From the NCBI GenBank assembly GCA_002633005.1, contig NMRA01000424.1:154593-201667 (forward strand): a DNA stretch of 47,075 bases, written 5' to 3'. The DNA comes from Phoronis australis (Eukaryota; Animalia; Phoronida). This document shows positions 23,701 through 35,564 of this stretch, piece by piece. The notes beneath the pieces are model-generated. The model saw only the letters and a list, made by a program, of their open reading frames with translations. It did not search any database and was not told the origin of the DNA. Position 1 is the first letter of the stretch. Each line of letters begins with the position of its first letter. A program made the position numbers and the translations under genes.

Positions 23701-26700
23701 TGCTCAAATTGGTGATAACATTCTACATACTAAGGTATGCATCAATTATGGTCAGTAAGTGAATCAAAAGTGAGCTAGATAGAGTCATCATGTTACTCAG
23801 TGGTCAATTTGTTTCAGTAGACTTGTGAACATTCCGTCAAGAATGAAAGATTCAACTCGAACCAGTATTCAACAGATCACAGCACCAAAAGTTATTAACA
23901 CGACATGGTGAAGTAAACTTGTCGTATTAGAAAATTCCACCACAAAACATGCACTGAAATGTGTCTTTTAAAGATACTGCTGCATGGGGCTTAAAACGCT
24001 GTCACACCTTTGGAAGCCATTGGATATATGGCATACGTAAAAATGCCGAGCGGACTTTCCCACCGGAATTGCACTCTATATGATAACCACATACCAGATG
24101 TCTTGTGAATAGCCACCAGCTTGTTCTCCTTCTCAAAGATTTGTGGACTCTCAGTGCGCTCCATCCATATATGGACGCTTGACCCGTCCACTTGAGGATG
24201 TTCCACATGGCCGTTATACTTGACCTTGGCAATCTAGAAGACGCAAGGAACACAACGCGATGACAGACCCACATGCAAACAGCAGGACGGGGTATCACCC
24301 GGGTCATATTTTGTATATCGTCAACGCTATTACGAAACCACGAGATGCAATTTTTAGAGAAATACGTCAAAATGGATGAGCATTGTGATTTCTGTTCACA
24401 GTGGGGGAATCCAAAGATCGCTAAGAATTAACACGATGGACCAACGAGCGCTGATGTTGCACACATGTGAAAAATATACTTTGAGCAATAATGTAATTAA
24501 GCAAAGCATGTTACAATCAGTATATAGACGCTGAGGTTGGCCAGTAGTGAAATGTATCAAATAAACACGTCAATTAAATTGCTCATTGTATATATAATTG
24601 TCCAAATCCCGTGTGAAAAAGGCGAAACGCTGGTCATGGAATGTATGACATAACAGTTGGCTGTAAACAGAAATTGCACAGATAACGAGTCCTCAGTAGC
24701 TCAGTGGTAAGAGCTTTAGACTGGCAATCTAGAGACCTGTGGTTCGATTCCCGGTTGGGGTTCCCGATTTTTCTGTGTTTATTTGATACATTTTACAATA
24801 TATCACTTAGTTTCTCCTTGGTCGGAGTTATTGCGACTGCTTACAGAGCGCTTCCTCGACATCTTTTTGTAGTCTTGGATCTTCTCATTGTGGCTCGTTA
24901 GTTCGTCGGAGACGTCCATGCAGTCCTGCAGATTACTTTCGGCGTTCAAGTAAAGCATGTGAACCTGCAGACAAAGGTCAGAGTTCAAAGCCAGGTCATG
25001 GAGAACTAAGAGATGGGCGGATTTTTCTCAATTTGTTCATGGCCAGATTTTAACAAAAAGAAACAAGACAATCTGTGTATCACTGCATTGAACAGAAGTA
25101 TCTAAATAGAAATGACAACCATGATCATGCTAACTGCTTGAACAAAATCAATCCGGCAGTTAAAAATCTATAGGGAGACTCTCACGAATGACAACACGCG
25201 GCAGCAATGACCATCAGTACCCCCTAAGGTGAAGCCATAAAAACAACATTGCAAACAATGAGCACAAAATGTCCCCTTCGAAACACCAGACGAGTTTCAA
25301 AAATGCACCAATTTGTGACCCACACTGAAGTGGTAATGCTGCCGTGTACAGCTAGGTGGCAGCACAAGCCCCCCCCCCGATCCATGAGAGCCTCTAACTG
25401 CATTGCACAGATAGTCTTGTTTCTACCACCCTACGCTGTTCTGCAAACTACTACCGTCACTATTGACAGTATGTCTTATTGGAGCTGTATACACACCTGG
25501 ATATTAACAGACCTCCCAGAACACAGCAACTATAAAGCAACCAAGTTACAGATTGGTACTGTGTAAAAAAATTGGGTCACCATCTACTGGGCGCCATCAC
25601 CCCATTCTAGACAGTAAGCCCCTTTCTACATTGCCTACAATCCACGCGTGTTTTATAGACCATGCACGTGAAATATGACACCATAGCACCTGCACACACC
25701 TGCCCACGTTCCAACTAACAACCGACTTTTTTGTTTCCCAATTTAAGCAGAACTAGGTAATGTAACCCGCCCTAACACAGTATCATTACAGTGATTCGCA
25801 AAAGTACAAACCGAGAGAACAGAATGAAAACGCGAACCAAACTGAAAATTTTTTGACACATTGCAGCCATAATGGACACCCAACCATGGATTGGGACGAC
25901 CTCAAGAAAATGCCATCAGATTTGTGCCTGGGCCTTTTTAAAAAACCAACACGGATCAGAAAACTCGGGACTTGAATCTGATTGTCTGAAAGCCAGATGT
26001 CACGTTTCTCGAAATTTGAAAGCCCGAAGCTTTTTTCCTGATTGGGTTGAAGTCTTGAATAGAACGGATTTAAACCGTTTAATCAACGAAGGGGAACTTT
26101 CTCCAACAGTAGTCAAGAAGATATTATTATTTACTCTGTGATAACTTTTAGTCCAGCAAGTTGAAACATCTTTGAACACACTTATGTGTTCCACGAAGTG
26201 ATTGCCAAATTCCTAAAACTGTTTATTATTCCTAAGTAAACAATGTTCCTTTTCAAATTTAAGATGACACAATAAGCCGTGCATTTAACAGGATGTACCT
26301 GTTACCAAGGAAACACTTTGCGACTCTCGGTTACTTTTTAACATCGAACAAATGCCGAATGGATGAAACTACATCCCGAGCTTATTAAAAAACGAAAAAG
26401 TAATTGGATGACCGTAAATAACCATGAGGTGGTCATATTTGGATCTAAAAACTATGCATAATGAATAGCCATGACTCACAGACACCATTGAACTACACAA
26501 ATATCAGAACTAGAAACTTCCACAAAGCAACAGCAACAGATGGCAAGGCTCCGGCGATTCCTACTGCCCCCTGGTGTCACTGGAAGGTACATCTGTTTGG
26601 GTGTCATTCAGAAACCAACCAATGAGAGAGGTTTGGTCAGGAATAATTATGCAAAATAATGCAAATAGGTAGGTGCTGAAGGAATGAAGTTAAGAGGAGA

Positions 26701-29700
26701 GGAAAAGTTGGGAGGACCTCTGTTGGTTAGGCTTCCCCCTTTAGAGAACACTATTAGTGTGATTTTAAGGCGATTTTAGTCTAAAATCACCTTATGTTGA
26801 GGTAGTTAAAAAACAACGGAAATTTTTTATCTATTTATCTACATGAATACACAATACCGCTGTAACTCTATATTCTGTCTAGAGATACATAATTACTCCT
26901 TCATTGCTAAGAGAGCAGTAGAAGCCGTCCGTCGTACCCAGCTTGCCACCATTATTAACCATTTTACGGACATCACATGAACTCGTCTGCAACACCAACT
27001 GCGAAGCATTGAAACTACCGACGTGTGCACATCTGATGCTAGTTGTATGCTAAGGAGCTGTTTTCGGTAAGTGTGGACATGTGAAATCTCCAACTACCAG
27101 GCATCTAGGTTGGACACCAAACCCACGACTGTCAAATATGAAAGATGCATTGCTTTATAGCTCAAATGCCCACCCTCAAATACATCTCAATCTGGCATGC
27201 ACACACGTAGATTTTAAAATCCGTAAAAAGGTCAAACGTTGCATGAAATTCTCTACAAGAGCAGACTACATGGTTTTTTTGTACAGTAATGTCTTTGAAG
27301 AAGGGGGGTTCCCCGTTTTATCAGAAGCAAAAATCAACCCTCCTTTCACCATTTTCATCAACGCGAGCCAAAAAATTTTGGTACTATTTATAACATTAAT
27401 TCTTGGCCAAATGGTCAGTAAAATGTTAAATAAAATAGAAACAAGACGCTGCGCTTCATATCCACGTTTCGCAATTACTCAGTAACATCATCAGATCTCA
27501 GTGCACAGATGCGATAAAACGCGTACGAAGGCAAGAAAAGCTATCAATTATTTAACATCATAATGCATGATGCGGTGCTGAACCTTCACCCTCTACCACA
27601 ACTCAAGTCTGTATGCCACAAAGTTCCAATTTAGAGACCTCTCTGCATGACAATGCATTAGGAGTATCAAAAACATCGATGTGGAGCACAACGTCTTGTT
27701 TTTACTCTTCAATTTATATTGACATTATTTACATCAAAGCAGCCCATAACAGCATCTTTTGACAAAGATCGAGTTTACGAGGAAAAGAAACGTTTCCATT
27801 ATCTTTGATACACGACAATGGAATGCTGCTTACAAATCCAGTATTTCAAAATTCACCGAGACTGAGGCATAGTGAACGTTGAATACCAAGATCAGTGCAT
27901 ATTCTGGATTCAACGTTGGAAGTTATCCAGTTAACATACGACCAATGATGGCACTGCGCAGTTGAAACTTGCGCAGACTTTGCACAAACAAGGGCACTAG
28001 CGCCACCAACAGCTGAAAAGACACGTAGAACGTGAGAGAGGTTAGTACGAGGGACAGGAGATGTGTTTGTTTATGTGTGTACGTATTAATGTACCAAATG
28101 ACACGTGAGACGTCAAACAAACTAACATGTTCACATAACGTGGCCAGGTTGTCTGTGGATTCGTCGTCGCTGCGCTCACGCATCCAGTCGATGACGAGCT
28201 TACACAAGTGTTTCTCATTGTTGGCACTGAGCTGATTCTCATCAGCACCTGTAAGACAGCATGGCTATAGCAGACGTTCACACACGGGTAGCAGACGTCA
28301 TTAGGGAGAAATTGATTGAAGTCTGCGGCAGATGGAGAAAACAAATTCGAATTGGAAATGAATTTTAAGCACGACGCTCTTGTACTTCAGCAGTACAAGA
28401 TAGCAGACATTCACACAGGGAGAAGACGTTATGAGGGCTGGTTTGAGTCCGTATCAGAGGCAATAACTTTGAATTTGGAATGACTTAAAAGTGTCACGGT
28501 CCTGTTCTTCTACAGTGTAAAATAACAGAATTGTCATAACTGCAAATGTAGGTAACTTTTTATAGACTTTTCCAACATATAGTCGACTGCTGAACTTTTG
28601 AAAAAAGAGACCATGAGCGGTGAAATTTAGAATCTATAAGGTTACTACATTTTAAATATCCACAAAACTGATGTGGAGGAGGAAATTAGATGAGGGTGTA
28701 TGAATGAGGTTGTTTACAGCTGAAATCCCAAAACATTCAAATTATTTTATCCCTAAAAGTATGTTTCAAGTCTGAAGCGTAACTGAGCCAATGCAGGGGT
28801 GAGGTTTTTGCAGAATATTTGGGAAGAGAAATTGGTTCAATCTTACAAAATGCAGTGGACTAATGTCATAATGTTAAATTATGAAACTGCTTAAACGTAA
28901 AGACCGCAAGTTATGAAGATATTCATCTTACAACTGAATAAAAGAGTTCTGTAAATTTTAATGTAGAGAACAGCAAAACAACAGCAAACAGGATTATTTT
29001 TGGGAAAAGAGATCTGAAGTTGAATTATAAAGAGAAAAATTATGAGATTTCAAGAGATTTCGTTGACAAATTTTGTTAAAATAAGTTGAAGGAAAAATAA
29101 TTAAAATGAGCACTAGTTCCCACACCTGTAGCCAAAAGCACAAGATCTCATTTCAAAGAACCAACTGTTGTGTTGAATTTTTGTAGAGTATCATAGTATT
29201 CATTGAAATTTAGGAAAAGAAAAAGCCATGATGCAAAGAGCACTCTCTTCTCTCAAACAATAACTTTTGATTTAGATGCCACGCATTTGATTTCAAGAAA
29301 AGACAATCTGTCAGTTAACCCGACTAAGTAAGACCTTAAGATCAGCTTTATAATGCTATAGACTCTACATCTATTTTGGATCTCTTTATTTTGGCCAGAG
29401 TGGGTTTATAGTTGCTATAACCAAAGTCTAATTTTAATAAAACTTTGTCCACTTTAATTGTACTCTTGTAAATGACCGAATGCATAGCATTAACATTTTT
29501 AGATGTTTTAGACTCGACTATTTGTGTCATATCTTTTATATTTGACATCAAAAAGCTTAGCTGCAATGAAAACAAGTCATTATGAACAAACGCGTCACAG
29601 AACTATAAGGCGTATGTACAGAGCACAAAACTAATGAACTTACAAAGACGAGAGCATACAGATCTTTCCCGATTGGATATCACGTTGCCATTAATGGTTA

Positions 29701-32700
29701 GCATACGGTAAATACATGTGCTTGTTCAACAGGTCAATTTCCACTCTCAGCTTGGAGTAAACCAAATAAAAACACCGGAGCATAAAATGCCATGACAATT
29801 TTCGACAATTTACTTAGTAATATCCTCTTTTCTTTTCCCCAACACTTTTGGCAAATCTGACTAACCTAGAAAGCTCCAACAAACTACGTCACACTTCGCA
29901 AAACGATGAAAACGTTAATTAGACAAGTGTCAGGGCAGTCGGGTTTTTTCTCTGTACTCGAAACCCCGACTCGAGAATTGACCAATCGTAGGTCACACTT
30001 CGAGTAAACTTACAAATATGAACTCGAACCATGCGGTATGATTGGTCAAGTTTCGAGTCTAAGCCCGAGTTCGGAGCTTAGATCCTGAATCCTAAGAACC
30101 ATTCCAGGCAGTGTCATCTTTCAAAACCATCGTTTAGGTTCAAGTTTCGCAGTGGAATCTTTTGTTTTGTTTCTTCAACACTGTGACTCACTTATCCTAA
30201 TTCTAAGACAAAAGCATGAACGAAACGCCGTTCACTGATTACCTCAGATCTGATGACTCACTGCATCTAACTTGATTCACTTGGGTTTTAATTCAGATTT
30301 CGCCTAACGATAATCGGCGCTGCGTGAAACTTCAAAGTTCAACAAACCTAGCAATAATGAAACAAATACAAACGAGAGCGTCATGTACAGAATTACCCAC
30401 CTATCACTTCCACCTGTATCCGTGGTAACTTGAGGAACACCTGTGTCGTCTGCACTTCTGTCATGTGTAGCTGAATGTATTCGTCCGTCTTGGATGTGAG
30501 ATCTGCATCGCAATGGCTGTTGGCAAATGACCGGGTAGCTGAAGAAGACGGGAAAGCAAAGACTGTTAGACAAGCGACAGTTTTTCGTTATATGGCATGG
30601 TTGTTATACGGCTTCAATTTTCCGACAATTTTCACCGCCGAGATGCCATCTATTTAGCCAGGTTGGCCAATGCTTTCAAAACTGGACCACTTCATTTTCA
30701 ACGCAGGCGAGCTGATCTCTCAGCGACTGTTGATGGTGAAAACTAACTGCTAACAACACAAGGAATTTTTAAGCTGACTTTTTATGAATAAAACACAAGG
30801 TTTCGTGATTTCCATATAAGGACATATGGAGGTAGAAGACGCTTGGACTATGATAAACTGGATGTTTTAGTACAGTTTGAAAAGTGTTTCGTCATGTCCA
30901 GATGTCGGAGAATGGAAAATAGATAGTGCATTGAGCTCTACAGGAGTGTCACTTACCGAGACAGTTGTCAGGTGTGAGGTGGCTGGCGAGCCACTCAGAG
31001 CAGGCGGAAGCGGCCTTAGTCATCTTGAGGAACTGCGCTGTCTTGTAGACGTCTTTGACAGATGATGCGGGCACCATAAGTCTGCAGACAAAATTAAGTG
31101 ATCAACATTAACTAACACTGGTAGACACTTATGGATATCTAGGACCCTAGCCAAGTCTGTGCATTCACTCAGATACTACACAACTATACAATTCAACTCG
31201 GTTAAGTATATAGAAAGCAAAAAAATTTGATTTTTTTCTGACTTTAGACCAAGCTGCCATTCATGTTACCAAGGTTACAGGTCTATTTACAAGAACACGA
31301 CCAAATTTCATTTAATTAAACGTTCAAAGATGAAATTTCAAAAACGCTATTAGGGTTTTCTAAATTAACGCACAACTTCATTTTATAAAATTTTTTTCAT
31401 AAAGTCCAATTTCTTGATAGCCCCACTTGCTGAAGTGGAGCATTTTAAAAGCAATTTTTAATAGTGTCTTCGAGAGCAGTGCATAAAACAGTATCTGAAA
31501 TTTTCATGCGAAACCCATCAGCTATTTCTAACATGTGATGTTCCAAAGTTAACCAAATCTGGACATTTTATAGGATTTTGCATACCTTTAATTATACTCC
31601 AATATTAAGCTGACATAATTCTAAGAATATAAAACCTGTCTCACCAAGCTATGGATGTTGCCTATCGAGGAACACTTTGTAAATTGTAATGCACAGCATT
31701 TTTTACAGTGCATTGAGTAAAAGCTTACGTTAATCATCAGCCAACTGTGACTGTCAATTTAGTGATGAGCCGCAAGAAAATCGAAATTTAAATGTAAAAA
31801 TTCAACCTTAAATTGTGTTATGAAAAACTGATGTTACAGCAAAGGGGTATTGCACATGAAAAATTGTCAGATACAACATGATGTAACTACGATAATGTGA
31901 TGTCATCGTTGTAAGGCATTTATGCAACTGGCCCGTGGTGAAGTTAGAGCCATGACGTTAGTCAAGATCGACAGACTCACTTAGAAGTGTAGGCAAAGTT
32001 GACCAGGCAGATGAAGGACTCGTAGTCAACTCCAGCAAGTTTGACTGCCGGACGGTCGTTGGCCTCATCCGAAAGGAATTCAAACAGGAAGGGACTGGCA
32101 CAAGCCAGAACGTTGCGATGCACGGGAATTTCGTGACCTTCGACCTAGAACAATGTCACAGAGTTACACAATATCTCCTAGTGTGTTGAGAACTTTTGTT
32201 CCACATAAGGAACAGATTGTAGGACCTCTGATCTGCGATGAAAAAATGTCTAACAATCACGTTTTGGCAATGAAAATTTTCCTAAAATCTTATGACCATG
32301 TCCTTAACGAATACAACTGATCAAGGTTGTCCGAGTCACCAATTTCATCTTCGTGAAAAATGCGTAGAAAATCGAAAGAAAACCAACTGCAACTAAAAAC
32401 AGAATTATAAAATATAACATAAGTTCTAAAACGCGGACTTTCAGAATCAGAAACTTCCATTTCTGAGAACCGTAAGTATCCGTTGTTTCACTCTCCATTT
32501 AGCACAACACCGTTAACTGTTATGACCGATTACACAACAGAAAAGCTGCACATGAACACAGGCACACGTTCCACAGCAAGACTAAAACCACGCAATTCAG
32601 AGCTGAGCAGACGGGGGAGGCCGGAATGTTGAATTATGGGAATAAACTCTCCATTTCTCTTCCACAAGACAAGTTTTCTTACAAATACCTCGCATGCGAT

Positions 32701-32916
32701 TACCAATGTATAACGCGCTCCCCGACGCAGTCTACTCACACGCAGGCTGATGTCACAGAAGGTGGCGTTCTTGCGCAGCTGATTCAGTTGCAACATCATC
32801 TCTGAACGATTGTCAGCGTCCTCGAAGATAAGCGGACTCATCAGATCCTGAGAGGCATGACCCATACTGAGGTTAAGTCTGTGCGGCATATCGTCCAAGA
32901 GTTCAATGTGGTCCAT
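20630..32916 (-). CDS. IVNS1ABP: Influenza virus NS1A-binding protein homologue (BTB-BACK-IVR-Kelch x6), 686 aa, 12 coding exons
   Basis: Exons 32916-32740, 32144-31981, 31081-30957, 30538-30401, 28248-28127, 24964-24845, 24233-24095, 23499-23245, 22658-22413, 22160-22029, 21366-21052, 20757-20630 sum to 2061 nt with consistent phases and GT-AG sites. Diagnostic similarity to human NS1-BP: LIFED..LNQLRK..FCD, FLKLPRIQVEV, KLVAIHKTSDRSFLCIAVLND, GGYDRGECL, ARGRFEVAV, GGSNG, GGANAWN. Confidence 0.95.
21052..21366 (-). CDS. IVNS1ABP: IVNS1ABP coding exon 11 (Kelch)
   Basis: RSQPAVCMWDGKIYVFGG...GRIYVVGGCDG...ARANLGMAVVQ; donor GTATAT. Confidence 0.95.
22029..22160 (-). CDS. IVNS1ABP: IVNS1ABP coding exon 10 (Kelch)
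   Basis: VVTLDDKVFLIGGWNG...CEVYNPATNIW; donor GTAGTG. Confidence 0.93.
22413..22658 (-). CDS. IVNS1ABP: IVNS1ABP coding exon 9 (Kelch)
   Basis: GGYDRGECLSSV...GGSNGHKELSSMEVYDP...W; donor GTGAGA. Confidence 0.95.
23245..23499 (-). CDS. IVNS1ABP: IVNS1ABP coding exon 8 (IVR to Kelch 1)
   Basis: RSFLCIAVLNDVLCV...PRCSFGVAILDGNLIIF; donor GTAAGT. Confidence 0.93.
24095..24233 (-). CDS. IVNS1ABP: IVNS1ABP coding exon 7
   Basis: IAKVKYNG...EKENKLVAIHKTS; TTCTAG acceptor, GTATGT donor. Confidence 0.88.
24690..24761 (+). pseudogene. tRNA-like element (anticodon GGC, Ala-like); tRNA pseudogene or SINE head
   Basis: A box TAGCTCAGTGG, D stem GCTC/GAGC, anticodon arm TTAGA-CTGGCAA-TCTAG, B box GGTTCGATTCC, acceptor TCCTCAG/TTGGGGT; T-stem has mismatches; TTTTT at 24768-24772. 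Confidence 0.75.
24845..24964 (-). CDS. IVNS1ABP: IVNS1ABP coding exon 6
   Basis: VHMLYLNAESNLQDC...IQDYKKMSRKRS; CTGCAG acceptor, GTAAGC donor, 120 nt. Confidence 0.9.
28127..28248 (-). CDS. IVNS1ABP: IVNS1ABP coding exon 5 (BACK end)
   Basis: GADENQLSANNEKHLCKLVIDWMRE...LATLCEH; donor GTTAGT, phase 0. Confidence 0.9.
28267..28530. repeat. Diverged tandem duplication, ~132-bp period
   Basis: ATAGCAGACGTTCACACACGGG..AGACGTCAT (28267) recurs as ATAGCAGACATTCACACAGGG..AGACGTTAT (about 28400), similarity continues downstream. Confidence 0.65.
29934..30105. mobile_element. Hairpin MITE in IVNS1ABP intron
   Basis: GACTCGAGAATTGACCAATCGTA (29968-29990) inverted at 30037-30059; inner TTCGAGT/ACTCGAA; outer limits approximate. 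Confidence 0.65.
30401..30538 (-). CDS. IVNS1ABP: IVNS1ABP coding exon 4 (BACK)
   Basis: TRSFANSHCDADLTSKTDEYIQLH...FLKLPRIQVEVI; donor GTGGGT. Confidence 0.93.
30957..31081 (-). CDS. IVNS1ABP: IVNS1ABP coding exon 3
   Basis: LMVPASSVKDVYKTAQFLKM...LTPDNCL; CTGCAG acceptor, GTAAGT donor. Confidence 0.95.
31981..32144 (-). CDS. IVNS1ABP: IVNS1ABP coding exon 2 (BTB)
   Basis: VEGHEIPVHRNVLACASPFLFEF...LVNFAYTS; TTCTAG acceptor, GTGAGT donor. Confidence 0.95.
32740..32916 (-). CDS. IVNS1ABP: IVNS1ABP coding exon 1 (start, BTB N-term)
   Basis: Acceptor at 32924-32925, ATG 32916, MDHIELL...FCDISLR, donor GTGAGT. Confidence 0.88.
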
Positions 32917-34570
32917 GGGAAACCTGACAAAGACAGAGGACACAGACAATTGAAAAAATCATTTCATGAATAACAAACTAATAAAATAAACAACTCGATA
33001 TATACAGGACTTCAAAGCCTCATTAACTAGTAGCTACGCGTCACAACAGTGACTGAACGCAATTTCTAAAAAAAGTGAGAAAACAACTTCAATGAAATCG
33101 TGTTTACTATTAAAATGAAATGGAATGCAATTGGTCACTGTTCTCCTTAGTTCAGTACACAAACAACCAAGTTCCACAACGCTAATAATACAGGCGTTAT
33201 CAGACAGCAATAACAGGCATTACAACCAAGACACTGCAAGTTTTCCACAAATACTCTCACGTCACGGCTGTTATTAGGGCAACCAGTTTTAAAAAATAGC
33301 CTATTGGACAGCCCGTCAATGATAGAAATAAAAAACAGACTGACATACATCGAGATCACAGACTGTTACCGACTATTTTTACCATCAATTTCTCACTGAT
33401 CATTTTTTTCGGAAGAATACCTCCCGTTCCTGCGACGTCAGGTTGGATATGGCGAGTGCCAACCTCTCGAATTTGGACCTCCACCTTCACAAACCCTAGA
33501 CGAGTCTCTGTATAATAATGTTCACTGACACAACCGTGTCAAGACTACCATCAATCTTTAAGTATTTTAGCCAACTACAAATCTTGCAGTCACGACCTTT
33601 ATAACTATCAGACTGCATAAAATTAGGTTTGCGTGTGGGCATACACAAGCCAAAACGGGGGGCAGCGTGCCAGTGTAACACTAACATTACTAGTCTGCTG
33701 ATGACAAGAGCATTCACCTTGCCAACTAACATACACCTGTCAGTGATTCACATCACGTAGTCATGGAATTGATCAGGGTTAAGAAACAACCCAGCAACTG
33801 AATCCACAAATACTCGCGCCAATCATCAGCAAGTTCAGATGCAGTGTTGATCAACTCAACTCCATTGGATAAAAAGGTTTGCAGCTGTAGTGTTTAGGAG
33901 ACAACTGAGAAATGTTATCTGCAGGCACATGGGGTGTTTATCTTGTCCAACCAGAGTACTTATGAATTCAGACATTAAACTTGACCAACTGAATATTACC
34001 CTAGAATAAGCTGATCCACTGGAATTAGACATTAGGGACACTGACCAGCTCCCTATCCCGAGTGGTCCAAATATAACCGTAATCAAGACCAAACAATAAA
34101 CTTTTGGATGAATATACCCAAGGTGGGTTTTCCTGTAACATAGTAATGAATGCCCAAAACTTCTCAGAATCACCGTCTGATGGTAGGTGAGGATAGATCT
34201 ATAAAAATGTTATGGCGCACATTATGTGCTACTTCTATTTTATGACAAAATGAAAAATATTATTAAATTGAACTTGTTAGCCATACTGTGTCCTAAATTA
34301 ATTAGATTTTACTGTTACTGAACTATGCCCAGGAACAGTGAAAGAAGGCCCGTATAACGTACAATAGAACTGGAAGGGGATCTAACAATTTGGATTGTTC
34401 AAAACATTACCGGAGACAAAAAAATGTTCTATACCATAAGACAGTATGCATGAAAAAACTCAAACCTAAAGTCAATGGACGAGTTAACTACCCAATTGGG
34501 CAATTTAGCAGTCTCAGATGAATGAATAGAGACAGCGAAAATCAGATTTCATCATTTTAAAAACAATGAT

Positions 34571-35564
34571 CAGGGCTCAACATTAACTTTGTAAGTAGTT
34601 CGAATTTTTACTTGCCCGAACAACAAATTCGCTTGCCCCAAGTACAATCCCAAATAGCACCGTGCATGTGCACACCTAGGTAATGTGTTACGGTAGGGCT
34701 GCCTGTACTGAGCCTCCTCTTGTGTTGTGCACGCTATATACATGAGTTGCTATTTTTTAACGATTCTTCTTACAGAACATTTATTTATAAGGTGTGTCAA
34801 AACACTAGACAGACAAATTAGAAGAGTAACTATGGTATCTGACCCATTGTCGCACGTTCACAGGCGCCGAAATGAGCTAGGACATGAACTCTAGACACTT
34901 CTGTGTATTCATTAGTTTATATGCCCTCATGCATTAAACTTGTGTTGTTGCTAACCTGAATTTCAAGTTTTGCAATCTGTAAAAATCTTGCACAGTTTTG
35001 GTCATCGGTACCTTGTATTAAATTAAAATCAAATTTTAACATATAATAATGCCACGTATACTTTTATTTTCAATAAATAATTACATTTTTGAAGAATAGG
35101 TAGACCGTGAAAAAGTCACCCTTCAGACTTCAGAGCGGCAATCCTGAAGACCGTATTCCTCTTCTTTCGGGAGTCGCCACCGGGAGCCGGGAATTCATAA
35201 GAATGTCCGTTGGAATTCCCCCTGAATAAATACCAGGGCACGTTCAGAGAATCGAAAGGATTTGACCGCGACCGTCATCTGTGCACGCTGCAACACACTC
35301 GTTCTATTTTCCTTTCGGTGCTCATTCGAAGACTGGAGTTTCTTTGACAGCCACAGTGGCTTTTTCGACGGTTTTTAGGCTTGTGTCGGCCTGTCGGGGT
35401 TCGTTACTTTGGAGCAAATGTCGAGCAGACAATCTTAGGATCTACTTGCCTATGCGGCTACCTTTTTAACTTGCCCATCGGGCAAGTACTTTTCAAATTC
35501 CACTTGCCCGACGCAAAATCTACATGTACACGGGCAATCGGGCAACTGTTAGTGTTGAGCCCTG
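34571..35564. mobile_element. Non-autonomous hAT-like DNA transposon, 994 bp, 5-bp TSD
   Basis: TIR CAGGGCTCAACATTAAC / GTTAGTGTTGAGCCCTG (16/17); ATGAT directly flanks both ends; subterminal CTTGCCC/GGGCAA motifs at 34611, 34632, 35470, 35480, 35503, 35532, 35540; no transposase ORF. Confidence 0.88.

Noticed and set aside
24690-24761. Functional cytosolic tRNA-Ala gene
   Set aside because: T-stem mismatches, unpaired first base pair and non-eukaryotic GGC anticodon; kept as tRNA-like element only.
27485-27565. Possible intronic C/D snoRNA on - (ATGATGT ... CTGA)
   Set aside because: Imperfect C box, no convincing terminal stem, no guide complementarity I can recognise.
33421-33495. Exon-like 75-nt segment (TCTAG|...GAG|GTATTC) on -
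   Set aside because: Weak splice sites; has a stop in the phase needed to extend IVNS1ABP; at most a UTR exon.
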